From Bernardetia sp. OM2101 (GTDB lineage Bacteria; Bacteroidota; Bacteroidia; Cytophagales; Bernardetiaceae), in NCBI RefSeq assembly GCF_042180575.1, contig NZ_CP170094.1, positions 1,784,604 to 1,848,603 on the forward strand: 64,000 bases of DNA. The letters are read 5' to 3'. This document shows, one piece after another, positions 1-9,704 of the stretch (position 1 is the stretch's first letter; each line of letters opens with the position of its first letter). The position numbers and the translations under genes were made by a program. Under the pieces are notes generated by a model. It searched no databases, had not been told where the DNA came from, and was given only the letters and a program-made list of their open reading frames with translations.

Positions 1-257
1 TACAAAAAGGATTCTATACGTTGCATCTTGAAAAATACTTTTCTCACACTAAAGCGTAAGCTAAAGAAGCACAGAATACTAAAAAAATGACTAACTTTCC
101 AAAACCATTTCCACAAAAAAAGTTATTACCTTATTACAACTATTGCAAAAAGAAACTCTATAAGTTAAGTTTGTAATATAGAAAGAATTTGAACTTTAAA
201 CCCTTAGGGTTTTGAAAGCCCTAAGGGTTTCGATACCGTAGAAAGTAACGATAAAAT

Positions 258-1310
258 ATGAAAATAAATAAAAAACACTTTTTTTCTCTACTCATTTTAT
301 TTTTCTTAATTGGAAATTTTACGTTTTGTAATTTTTCTAGTTTTGCACAAGATGATAAACTGCCCACCATTACAGGCTCTTTTTCGAAAGACAGTTTGAA
401 GGTTGGCAAACACATTCCTTTCAAAGTAATTTTTACTCATAATTATAATAAAGAGGTCGTTTTTGCTGATTCTAATTACAATTTTGAGCCTTTTGAGTGG
501 GTCAGAACAGATGCTTTTCCTACACAAACTACTTCAGATGGAATTGCTACTGATAGTGCTATTTATTGGCTACGCACTTTTGAATTAGACACCATTCAGA
601 CACTAAAACTTCCTGTATTTGTTCTTGACCAGAAGACTGGGGATACACTCAAATATTTTACAGAAGTTTCGACAAAAGAAACCGAATTTGTTCTCTCAAA
701 AGCCAATTTACAGAACATGATTCAAAAAGATAGTATTACTTTTTATCAAAATACTACTTTTTTAGAGATTCCAAGATTTACGAATTATCCTTTATATGCT
801 CTGATTGTCGTTATTTTAGTAGTCATCGTAATTTTATTCTTTGTATTTTTTGGAGAAAGTATCCGAAGAGGATATCGTTTGAAACGCCTACAACGCCAAC
901 ATGAAAAGTTTATACAAGAATATGCTAGTCAGTTACGACAAATTGAAAATCCAGAAGCAACTGACCACACACTAGGAATGTGGAAAGCCTATATCGAAAA
1001 GCTCAAAAACGAACCTTTTACGACTTATACTTCAAGTGAAATTTCTCGCTTGACTAAAAATGAATCATTAGGACAAAACCTTAAAGTAATTGATAGAGCG
1101 ATTTATGGTGGACAAATAGACAATAATACAGAACTTGCCTTGCAAAATCTAAAAAATTATGCCATCAATATTTTTGAAAAACGTTTGGCAGAGTTGCAAG
1201 TAACCTCAGAAGATGAATTTACTCAAAAACATAATTCTCCTGTTGCAAAACAAGTCAAAAAAAGAAATCAAAAATTAAATCAAAAAAGAAATAATAAAGA
1301 AAATGTTTGA
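258..1310 (+). CDS. hypothetical membrane protein (N-terminal signal peptide, one central TM helix); overlaps next gene by 8 bp, so probably first gene of a Bat-like operon
   Basis: 350-aa ORF. Hydrophobic N-terminus MKINKKHFFSLLILFFLIGNF and TM stretch LYALIVVILVVIVILFFVFF. Stop overlaps start of the vWA gene. Confidence 0.5.
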   Translation: MKINKKHFFSLLILFFLIGNFTFCNFSSFAQDDKLPTITGSFSKDSLKVGKHIPFKVIFTHNYNKEVVFADSNYNFEPFEWVRTDAFPTQTTSDGIATDSAIYWLRTFELDTIQTLKLPVFVLDQKTGDTLKYFTEVSTKETEFVLSKANLQNMIQKDSITFYQNTTFLEIPRFTNYPLYALIVVILVVIVILFFVFFGESIRRGYRLKRLQRQHEKFIQEYASQLRQIENPEATDHTLGMWKAYIEKLKNEPFTTYTSSEISRLTKNESLGQNLKVIDRAIYGGQIDNNTELALQNLKNYAINIFEKRLAELQVTSEDEFTQKHNSPVAKQVKKRNQKLNQKRNNKENV

Positions 1311-2352
1311 TAAATCAAGTTTTGAATGGTTAGATTTTAAATGGTTTACACTCGAAACACTTCAAAGTTTTGATTGGCAAAGTCCATTTTGGTTATATGC
1401 ACTTATTGGAATTCCATTTTTATTTTTATTAAAATGGCTTATTTTTGTGCGTTTTCGTCAGAAATTAGAAGTGGCTTTTCCAGACCAAAACCTAAAATCA
1501 GATTTTTGGACAATCTTACGACATGTTCCAAAAATATTTTTTGGTTTGTTTTTAGTTTTTATTTTGATTGCACTTGCTCGTCCTCAAAAAACATCAGAAC
1601 AACCTCCTGAACGCTACACAGAAGGAATTGATATTATGCTTGTGATGGATATTTCGGAATCTATGCAGATTGAGGATTTCAAACCTAATCGTTTAGAAGC
1701 TGCCAAAATGGTCGCTAATAATTTTATAAAAGGACGGTTGCAAGACCGAATCGGAATAGTTGTTTTTGCTGGCGATGCTTTTAGTCTTGCTCCACTCACG
1801 ACAGATTACGAACTTTTGTATGGTTATTTGGAGGAAATAGACTTCAGAATGATACAAACAGGTGGAACAGCCATTGGAAGTGCCATCGGAGTAGGAACAA
1901 ACCGAATGCGAGAAAATGAGAAAATTAAATCAAAAGTAATGATACTTTTGACAGATGGAGAAAGCAATGCAGGAAGTCTTGACCCAATCACAGCAGCAAA
2001 ATTAGCATATAGTTATGGCATCAAAATTTATACGATTGGAGTCGGAAAAAAAGGAAAAGTTCCTTACAGAAATCGTTTTGGACAAGTTCAGTATATCGAT
2101 AATACACTTGATGAAACAGGTCTGCGTCAGATTGCAGAAATTAGTGAAGGGAAGTTTTTTAGAGCTACCAGTAATAAATCCTTAGGCGAAATTTTTTCTA
2201 GTATTGATAAATTAGAACGTTCCGAAATCAAAGAAAATAAGTTTACACTGACTAGAGATTATTATGAAATTTATTTGACATGGGCATTTGTGTTTTTGAT
2301 GATTTGGTTGGGATTGAAAAATACATTTTTGGTTAGTGCTTTGGAGGATTAA
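1303..2352 (+). CDS. batA: von Willebrand factor A domain membrane protein, BatA-like
   Basis: Two N-terminal TM helices followed by a vWA domain with MIDAS-like DISESM and LLTDGESN motifs. This is the BatA architecture known from Bacteroidetes aerotolerance operons. Confidence 0.6.
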   Translation: MFDKSSFEWLDFKWFTLETLQSFDWQSPFWLYALIGIPFLFLLKWLIFVRFRQKLEVAFPDQNLKSDFWTILRHVPKIFFGLFLVFILIALARPQKTSEQPPERYTEGIDIMLVMDISESMQIEDFKPNRLEAAKMVANNFIKGRLQDRIGIVVFAGDAFSLAPLTTDYELLYGYLEEIDFRMIQTGGTAIGSAIGVGTNRMRENEKIKSKVMILLTDGESNAGSLDPITAAKLAYSYGIKIYTIGVGKKGKVPYRNRFGQVQYIDNTLDETGLRQIAEISEGKFFRATSNKSLGEIFSSIDKLERSEIKENKFTLTRDYYEIYLTWAFVFLMIWLGLKNTFLVSALED

Positions 2353-2364
2353 ATTTTATATTCT

Positions 2365-2736
2365 ATGACAAATCTAAAGTTACCCATTTTTTTGCTTTTT
2401 GTGATTTTCATTATTGCAACATCTTGTTCTAAACTCATAAACGAAAATATCACGCTCATTTGTTCTTATCAAATGTATGCCTGTGGAGATTGTCGCCCTC
2501 AATTTTTAGTCCAAGATATTAAAACTAACAATCAAATTATTAAAAAAAACCTTCTCAATCAAGATATTTATGTTGCATATGAAGAAGGTAAAAAAGATAT
2601 ATTAGAAGGAATAAAAAAATGTATGATATGCTATACTTTCACAGTTACAGGAAGGCTAGAAAAAAAAGATGATGATTATATTTTACTTGCTAAAGATATA
2701 GAGAGAAACTTTCATAGTAATTGTTGTAATAAATAG
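2365..2736 (+). CDS. small lipoprotein, hypothetical
   Basis: 123 aa with a lipoprotein-type signal (…IIATSCSK) and several Cys residues. No recognisable domain. Confidence 0.4.
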   Translation: MTNLKLPIFLLFVIFIIATSCSKLINENITLICSYQMYACGDCRPQFLVQDIKTNNQIIKKNLLNQDIYVAYEEGKKDILEGIKKCMICYTFTVTGRLEKKDDDYILLAKDIERNFHSNCCNK

Positions 2737-2752
2737 TTTTCATTTAACATCA

Positions 2753-2807
2753 TAAAAAACACCTCATTCTATTCAAAAAAATTGAATAAAATAAGGTGTT
2801 TTTTTAA
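2753..2807 (+). terminator. rho-independent terminator hairpin followed by T7 run
   Basis: aaaaacacct…aggtgttttttt inverted repeat downstream of the 2365-2736 ORF. Confidence 0.5.
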
Positions 2808-2817
2808 TGGTATTTGT

Positions 2818-2845
2818 GTAGGGACAATGCATGCATTGTCCCTAC
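2818..2845. other. perfect 28-bp palindrome GTAGGGACAATGCATGCATTGTCCCTAC
   Basis: Reverse complement is identical to the forward sequence. The element is GC-rich in an AT-rich spacer, 20 bp beyond the stop of the minus-strand rotamase gene. Confidence 0.8.
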
Positions 2846-2864
2846 TACAATGAAAATAATAACT

Positions 2865-5225
2865 TTACTTTTTATTCTTCAATAAAACAGCCTGCATTAC
2901 TTTTTCATCTGTACTGAATTCATACTTTTTACGTAATTCTGTAATCCATTCTTTTTCTAAAAACTGCTGATAATCAGAAATGACTACACCACGAGTTTCT
3001 TCTAATTTTTTCACCCTCGCAGGTTCAACTTCCTCAACAATTACATAATACATTCTACCATTTTCTTCAACAGTATAATCTCCTTTTTTGAAATCCACTT
3101 TCGATAAAACTGGTTGTGCTTGTTTTTCAAAAAGTCCATTTGTGATTTCCAAACGAAGGGCATTTTCTTTATTAAAGCGTTTTTCCAAGACTTTATAATC
3201 TGTTGTAAAGATTTTGATTTGAATAATTGCCTTTGCTACTTTTGCATTTCCTATCTTTTGAGCTACAAAACGAACATTCTCAATTCCTTCTGTTTTGAAA
3301 AATGCACGTATAGCATCCACTCTATTATTCATCATATCGTTTGTTTCTCCGATACCTTTTGCAGCTTCTATGGTAAATACATACGAAGGATTTGTTTTGG
3401 CAGCAAGCGCAAACGGTGCTAGTTTTTTAGTTTGTTCATCTGATAGTTTTACATTTCTTCTATCAAACTCTAGCTGTAAAGGTTGAAAATTATCTACTGC
3501 ATAATAACCTAATTTCAAACTATCTTTCAACATAGAAAGCGTTTTTTGGTCGGCTGCATTGTAGATGGTAACTTTTGCACGATCTTGCCAACGATAGTTT
3601 TCTTTGTTATTCTCATAAAAACCCATCACCCCTTCTTGGTCGGCTAGAGCTTTTGCCCAAACTTTTTGTTCCATTATCTTGAAAAGCAAAATTCCATCAT
3701 AATATTCTTGTAATAAGAAACGGTATTCAGGATATTTTTTTGATAACAATGATTTTTCATTATCAATAATTTTTTGAGCTACAAAATTTTGATATTCTTC
3801 TCTCAAAAATGGTAATGCTTTTTCAGGAGCAGGAAGTTTATTATTTTCTTCCAAATAAACAGCAAAATCATCTAAAGTATAGTTTTTTACTCCAACAGTA
3901 AATAAATTTTTATCCTTCACTAATTTTGGGTTTTGCATTTCAAAACGGCTTACCGTCCACATATTTGCCTTTTGAATCATCGAATCGGCTGCCATTTGTG
4001 TCAAAAACTCATCTGCTTTTTTATTTTGAGAAAAACCATTTTCAGATTTCAATTTATCAATCAAAACAGCTTGTTGAATCTCTGCACGAGAATCTTTCGC
4101 TATTTTTTGTTGAAGAATTGGCTGCAAATCTTCAAAAGGTTCGATAGCATCTTTTTCTATCAAACGAACAATATGCCACCCAAAAGCAGATTTGAAAGGC
4201 TTTGTAATTTCTCCTTTTTTGATAGTAGATATTTTTTCTTCAAATGGTGGAACAAGTGTTCCTGAAGTAAACTCTGGGTTTCCGTTGTTGGTAAGCTGCC
4301 CACCACGCTCTCTTGAGCGATAATCTTCCGAAAACTGTTTTGCTAGATTTTCGAATAGTTCTTTTTGTTTTGCCTCATCAGTTGTTTTCTCTAGTTGCGT
4401 ATAAATTTCTTGAATTTTGCGATAGGCTTTCAATGTATCTTCTGCAATCATTCCATCCGACGAACGAATCATAATATGAGCCAACTGAACTTTTCCTAAA
4501 GATGGTTTTTTATCTGTTACTTTCAAGATATGATACCCAAAACGAGTACGAACAATCTCCGAAATTTTGCCCTCTGGCGTATTGTAAGCTGCCGTTTCGA
4601 AAGGATAAACCATTTGAAGAGAAGAAAAATAATACAAATCGCCTCCATTTATTTTGCCTGAAGGGTCATCAGAATAAGTTTTTGCTAATTCTGCAAAATT
4701 TTCTCCAGCCACAGCCTTTTTTCTAACATCTTGAATTTTTTTGTAAGCAGCCAAAGTATCTTCTGGGTTAGCATATTGCTCTACCATTATCAAAATATGA
4801 GATGCACGTACCGACTCATTGAGACGAGAATAGGCTTCTTTTACCAATTTTTGACTTACATTTTTTGGCGTAAGATACGGTTCTGCAAGCTGGTTTTTAT
4901 AGATTTCAAACTCCTTTTTGAAAGCCTGTGAAGTATCCATTCCCAACTCTTTTGCTTCTTCTACTTTGAGTTTGAAATTAATATACAAATCTAAGTATTC
5001 TTGAATTTTTTCTCTATTCCAAAGGCTATCTTCGGCTGTGGAATTATTTTTTTGATAGAGATATTCAAATTCATCTGCCGAAACGATTTGGTCATCTATT
5101 TTTAGAAGTGTTGGCGATTGAGGGTAATTTATTTTATTAGAAACTGTTTTTGGCGAACAAGCAATAAAAAATAGCAGTGCAAAAACAGAAAATAATGTAG
5201 AAATTTTAGTTAATAACGTATTCAT
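2865..5225 (-). CDS. peptidyl-prolyl cis-trans isomerase, SurA/PpiD-like with two parvulin (PpiC-type) domains
   Basis: 786 aa with a signal peptide. Two rotamase signatures (…SHILIMVE…GGDLYYFSSLQMVYPFE…GYHILKV… and a second FGWHIVRL block). Confidence 0.8.
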   Translation of the reverse strand: MNTLLTKISTLFSVFALLFFIACSPKTVSNKINYPQSPTLLKIDDQIVSADEFEYLYQKNNSTAEDSLWNREKIQEYLDLYINFKLKVEEAKELGMDTSQAFKKEFEIYKNQLAEPYLTPKNVSQKLVKEAYSRLNESVRASHILIMVEQYANPEDTLAAYKKIQDVRKKAVAGENFAELAKTYSDDPSGKINGGDLYYFSSLQMVYPFETAAYNTPEGKISEIVRTRFGYHILKVTDKKPSLGKVQLAHIMIRSSDGMIAEDTLKAYRKIQEIYTQLEKTTDEAKQKELFENLAKQFSEDYRSRERGGQLTNNGNPEFTSGTLVPPFEEKISTIKKGEITKPFKSAFGWHIVRLIEKDAIEPFEDLQPILQQKIAKDSRAEIQQAVLIDKLKSENGFSQNKKADEFLTQMAADSMIQKANMWTVSRFEMQNPKLVKDKNLFTVGVKNYTLDDFAVYLEENNKLPAPEKALPFLREEYQNFVAQKIIDNEKSLLSKKYPEYRFLLQEYYDGILLFKIMEQKVWAKALADQEGVMGFYENNKENYRWQDRAKVTIYNAADQKTLSMLKDSLKLGYYAVDNFQPLQLEFDRRNVKLSDEQTKKLAPFALAAKTNPSYVFTIEAAKGIGETNDMMNNRVDAIRAFFKTEGIENVRFVAQKIGNAKVAKAIIQIKIFTTDYKVLEKRFNKENALRLEITNGLFEKQAQPVLSKVDFKKGDYTVEENGRMYYVIVEEVEPARVKKLEETRGVVISDYQQFLEKEWITELRKKYEFSTDEKVMQAVLLKNKK

Positions 5226-5482
5226 TTTCTTTTATTTTGTGTAAAAATTTGACGGTGCAAAAGTACAAATCTTTTTGCATTGTTTGAATTGAATCTTAAA
5301 AATTATATCTGAATAAATTTTAAGATTCTTATTATTACCAAAGAATAATTCACAATGAAAGTATTTAATTTCTACTATGAAAATTCATAAAAAGTGATTA
5401 TATTTATGAATTAGCAAGTATCATTCTAGTTCATCTAGCATTAATAACCAAAAGTATTTTATGTTTTAAACTTTTACATGAA

Positions 5483-8104
5483 TTGAACAGCATCTCAAAC
5501 ACAAAAGGTTATATACTTGGAGGTTTTTTATTTGGACTTCTTTTTCCTTTCTTTTCTTGGATTCTTGATGGGTTATTTTTCAATGGAATGACTTTAGGTT
5601 GGGATATGGTAGTTCGTCTTCACATCAATAATCCTATACATTTTGTAATAGATTCTGCTCCTTTTATTTTGGCAAGTTCTTTTGGTACAATTGGCTATTA
5701 TGTTGATAGATTAGAAGAAAATAGTTTGTTACATCATAGTAATATTGATAAATACAACAAAGAAAATAAAGCGATTGTAAAACGAATGCGAATTGCAAAT
5801 ACTGTTTTTCCAATGATAATTACCTTATTATTGGTAATAGGTTTTTTATTATTACATGACTTTTCGTCCAAAGAACAAGATAATGTACATCTAATTAAAA
5901 CTGGAACGAATCAGCGCATAATTAGCCAAAAAATGCTCTATCATGCCAGTAAAATTCCTGTTACGGAAGCAGATGAAAAAACAAAACACAAAAAATCTCT
6001 ACGTCTTACAATAAAAAACTTAAAAGAAGGACACCAAAACCTTACCCAACAAGCTAATATATTAGGTAGTGAAAAACATCAAGCTATAGTTCTTCAAAAC
6101 TTATTTGATTCTTTAGAAAAAAGTTATCAAAATGTAGTTACAGAAGGCAATAGGCTTTTAATACCTTTTCCAATTAAGAACACTGATTCTTTAAACCTTA
6201 AAAATCATACGGCAAAAACGATAAGAGAATTAGAAATAAATCAAGAAGAGTTTTCTAGCCTTATGGAATCTCTACTTGTCATCTATGAAAATGAAAGTAA
6301 AGTGAAGGCAAAGCGACTAAAGACTATACCATTTGTAATAGTTATTGTGCTTATCATATTTATAATTAGTTTGGCAATTTTTGGACTCAAACCAACCATA
6401 GATAGAGTAAAACAAGCCTTTTTTGATGTAGAAGAAGCCAATGCTAAGTTTTTAGAGAAAAATAAAAACTTAACTACCTCTCAAAAAGAAATAGAACAAA
6501 AACAAAATTTGCTCTCCCAAGCCGAAAAAATGGCGAAAATGGGTAGTTTTATTTGGAACTTAAAAACAAATACAGTCCAACATTCAGATAATCTACCTTA
6601 TATATATAGACTGGAAGAAGGACAAATAGTTACTCCAAAGGTATTTCAAGATATTTTGCATCCTGATGACTTTAAGATTACTCAGAAGCAAATTTTTGAG
6701 GCTACATCTATGCAGAAAAAAGAGGTTTTGACACAATACAGAGCAAGACCTCCCTACCTTGCTGATATGGTAGAATGGAAATGCTACCGTGCTTTTTCGA
6801 TACTTGACTACGATGAAAAAGGGGAAGCGTATCAAGTTATTGGTACAGCACAAGATATTACAGAAGAAATAAAACAAAAACAACGCATAAACTCTCTTTT
6901 TGAAAATGCAGAAAAAAACAAGGAGCGTTTGGAAGAAGCACAAAAGCTCGCTAAAATAGCAAGTTATGATATAATATCAGGAAATATAAATTGGTCTGAT
7001 AATTTTGCGAGTATTTTTTATATAGATAGACAAGAAATTCCTAATTCTTTAGCTGATTTTAGACAATGGATAGAACCCCAAGATTTAGAAAGAGTAAAAC
7101 AAAAATGGGCAGAAGCCGTAGAATCAAACAATAAATTTAATGAAATATATAGAATTAATACTTCTACAAAAGGATTGCTTTACATAAAAGAAAAAGGCTA
7201 CCCATATTTTGATAAAGAGGGAAGTTTAATAGGACAACGTGGAACGTTGCAAGATGTTACTAATTCTGAAATAGCTAGAATTAATATTGAACAAAAGTCA
7301 AAGCAAATTAAAAAGCAGCATGATAATTTTGTATCAAGTGTTAATTATGCTCAACGTATTCAATCTGCCTTACTAGGAGGTACAAATGAAATACAAAATA
7401 TTTTTCCAAATTCTTTCATCTTCTTTGTGCCAAAGGATATTGTTTCTGGAGATTTTTATTGGTCAGCAGAAGTAGACAATCGTAAAATTGTTGTGGTAGC
7501 TGACTGTACAGGACATGGAGTTCCAGGAGCTTTTATGTCTTTATTAGGTACTATGCTTTTGAATGAAATCATCGAACACCGTAAAATAACTACACCAAGT
7601 CATATTTTAGAAGAATTACAAAAAGAAATTACAGATATTTTAAAACAAAAAACAACAAAAAATAAAGATGGAATGGATATTTCTGTCGCTGTTGTAGATG
7701 AAGATATACGAGTTTTAGAGTTTGCAGGTGCAAGAAATCCCCTTGTTTATATACATAAAAAACAACAAGAAAATGATGAAGCAAACATGACAGTAATCAA
7801 GGGAGATACAATATCAATAGGAGGAAGAAACAAAAAAGTAGAACATAATAAATATACCAATCACGTCATTAATTTGGATGATGTAGAAGCATTTTTCTTG
7901 TATTCTGATGGTTATCAAGACCAATTTGGAGGAGAGAATGGAGCTAAGTTTATGTCAAAACGTTTCAGAAATCTTTTATACAAAACATATTCCAAAGAGT
8001 CTATGTCGCATCAACGAAGAGCATTAAAGACAAACTTGAGAGATTGGATGGGAAGAAGTGAAAAACAAATTGATGATATTTGTGTCGTTGGAATCAAAAT
8101 ATAA
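5483..8104 (+). CDS. membrane-anchored PAS-domain sensor fused to a PP2C/SpoIIE-type serine phosphatase (RsbU-like)
   Basis: 873 aa with an N-terminal hydrophobic region. Coiled-coil plus PAS-like repeats. C-terminal PP2C block GDFYWSAEVDNRKIVVVADCTGHGVPGAFMS…DGMDISVAVVD. Confidence 0.8.
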   Translation: MNSISNTKGYILGGFLFGLLFPFFSWILDGLFFNGMTLGWDMVVRLHINNPIHFVIDSAPFILASSFGTIGYYVDRLEENSLLHHSNIDKYNKENKAIVKRMRIANTVFPMIITLLLVIGFLLLHDFSSKEQDNVHLIKTGTNQRIISQKMLYHASKIPVTEADEKTKHKKSLRLTIKNLKEGHQNLTQQANILGSEKHQAIVLQNLFDSLEKSYQNVVTEGNRLLIPFPIKNTDSLNLKNHTAKTIRELEINQEEFSSLMESLLVIYENESKVKAKRLKTIPFVIVIVLIIFIISLAIFGLKPTIDRVKQAFFDVEEANAKFLEKNKNLTTSQKEIEQKQNLLSQAEKMAKMGSFIWNLKTNTVQHSDNLPYIYRLEEGQIVTPKVFQDILHPDDFKITQKQIFEATSMQKKEVLTQYRARPPYLADMVEWKCYRAFSILDYDEKGEAYQVIGTAQDITEEIKQKQRINSLFENAEKNKERLEEAQKLAKIASYDIISGNINWSDNFASIFYIDRQEIPNSLADFRQWIEPQDLERVKQKWAEAVESNNKFNEIYRINTSTKGLLYIKEKGYPYFDKEGSLIGQRGTLQDVTNSEIARINIEQKSKQIKKQHDNFVSSVNYAQRIQSALLGGTNEIQNIFPNSFIFFVPKDIVSGDFYWSAEVDNRKIVVVADCTGHGVPGAFMSLLGTMLLNEIIEHRKITTPSHILEELQKEITDILKQKTTKNKDGMDISVAVVDEDIRVLEFAGARNPLVYIHKKQQENDEANMTVIKGDTISIGGRNKKVEHNKYTNHVINLDDVEAFFLYSDGYQDQFGGENGAKFMSKRFRNLLYKTYSKESMSHQRRALKTNLRDWMGRSEKQIDDICVVGIKI

Positions 8105-8111
8105 AATCAAA

Positions 8112-8147
8112 AAAAACGAATTTCATTTTATTGAAATTCGCTTTTTT
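8112..8147. terminator. bidirectional terminator hairpin between convergent genes
   Basis: aaaacgaatttca…tgaaattcgctttttt, with a perfect 11-bp stem flanked by A/T runs. Confidence 0.55.
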
Positions 8148-8168
8148 ATATATCAATATTTCAAAATA

Positions 8169-9419
8169 TTACTTCTTAAAATTCAGAACAGTATCTTCAA
8201 TAATCTGACAACATTCTACTAATTGTTCTTCTGTCATGACAAGTGGTGGCGCAAAACGAATAATATTTCCGTGTGTAGGTTTTGCCAAAAGTCCATTTTC
8301 TTTCAATGCAACACACAAATCCCAAGCTGTTGAGCTTTCAGGTGTATCATTTATTACTACTGCATTCAAAAGACCTTTTCCACGAACAAGATTTACTAAT
8401 TCTGATTTATTTGCCAATTCAGTCATTTTCTGACGGAAAACTTTACCTAATTCTTCTGCTCGTTCTGAAAGATTTTCATTTTTTACAACTTCCAAAGCTG
8501 CCATTGCTACCTCACACGCCAAAGGATTTCCACCAAAAGTAGAACCATGTTCCCCTGGTTTGATGGTAAGCATAATTTCATGACTAGACAAAACTGCCGA
8601 AACTGGAAAAACTCCACCCGAAAGAGCTTTACCCAAAATCAAAATATCAGGTTGAAAACCTTCATGGTCACAACAAACTAACTTTCCAGTTCTTGCAATT
8701 CCTGTCTGAACTTCATCAGCAATAAAAAGTACATTTTTAGACTTACAAAGTTCATACGCCTTTTTCAAATATCCTTCATCGGGAACAACTACACCAGCTT
8801 CTCCCTGTATTGGCTCAACCATAAAACCAGCTACATTTGGGTCTTCTAATGCTTTTTCCAATGCTGCCAAATCATTATACTTTACAATTTCAAATCCTGG
8901 TAAGTAAGGACCATAATCACTGTATGCACTTGGGTCTGTCGAAGAAGAAACTGCTGCAAGTGTTCTTCCCCAAAAATTATTTTCTGCAAAAAGTATCTTT
9001 GCTTTATTTTCTTCTATTCCTTTTACTTTGTATGCCCATTTACGACACAATTTGATTGCCGTTTCTCCACCTTCTACTCCTGTATTCATTGGCAAAACTC
9101 TATCATAACCGAAAAATTCAGTCATAAATTTCTCATAATTCCCCAATACATTATTGTAAAAAGCACGAGAAGTAAGGGTAAGTTTTTGAGCTTGTGCAAC
9201 AAGAGCTTTTATGATATGTGGATGACAATGTCCTTGATTAACAGCACTATAAGCTGAAAGAAAATCATAATATTTTTTTCCGTCTGTATCCCAAACGTGA
9301 ACACCTTCGCCTTTTTCCAAAACTACTGGCAGTGGATGGTAATTGTGCGCTCCGTAATTATCTTCTAAATCGATAAATTTTTGTTGAGAAGCTGATACGT
9401 TGTGTGTTTCTGTAAGCAT
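8169..9419 (-). CDS. rocD: ornithine--oxo-acid aminotransferase (class-III PLP aminotransferase)
   Basis: 416 aa. N-terminus …[46 protein letters not shown]… and overall length are typical of ornithine aminotransferase. Confidence 0.85.
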   Translation of the reverse strand: MLTETHNVSASQQKFIDLEDNYGAHNYHPLPVVLEKGEGVHVWDTDGKKYYDFLSAYSAVNQGHCHPHIIKALVAQAQKLTLTSRAFYNNVLGNYEKFMTEFFGYDRVLPMNTGVEGGETAIKLCRKWAYKVKGIEENKAKILFAENNFWGRTLAAVSSSTDPSAYSDYGPYLPGFEIVKYNDLAALEKALEDPNVAGFMVEPIQGEAGVVVPDEGYLKKAYELCKSKNVLFIADEVQTGIARTGKLVCCDHEGFQPDILILGKALSGGVFPVSAVLSSHEIMLTIKPGEHGSTFGGNPLACEVAMAALEVVKNENLSERAEELGKVFRQKMTELANKSELVNLVRGKGLLNAVVINDTPESSTAWDLCVALKENGLLAKPTHGNIIRFAPPLVMTEEQLVECCQIIEDTVLNFKK

Positions 9420-9704
9420 ATTTTTGATTGTTTATGGTTTCTTTTTTATTTTGTTACTTGATTAAGCCTAAAATTACTCAAAAGTTTTCAGATACAAAAC
9501 TTAATTCAGATTGATTATTTTACAAAAAAAATTAAACTTAAAAAGCATTTCCTTTTTTCGATACCTTTTTGCATATTATTTGCGTAAGTATAATTAAGAA
9601 TAGACAAATACACTTTTTTGATAGACGAATACCAAATTTTATTCGTTAAAATAAAGAACCAGATACAATAATTCTGAATAAATACCAGCTTAAATTTTAC
9701 TTCT

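Noticed and set aside
3114-4931. Several 60-110 aa plus-strand ORFs inside the rotamase gene
   Set aside because: They are shadow ORFs on the opposite strand of a well-supported 786-aa gene and have low-complexity composition. The same reasoning applies to antisense ORFs inside aldh (25620-26012), tuf (54928-55950), the Omp85 gene, the M28 peptidase gene and others in the ORF track.
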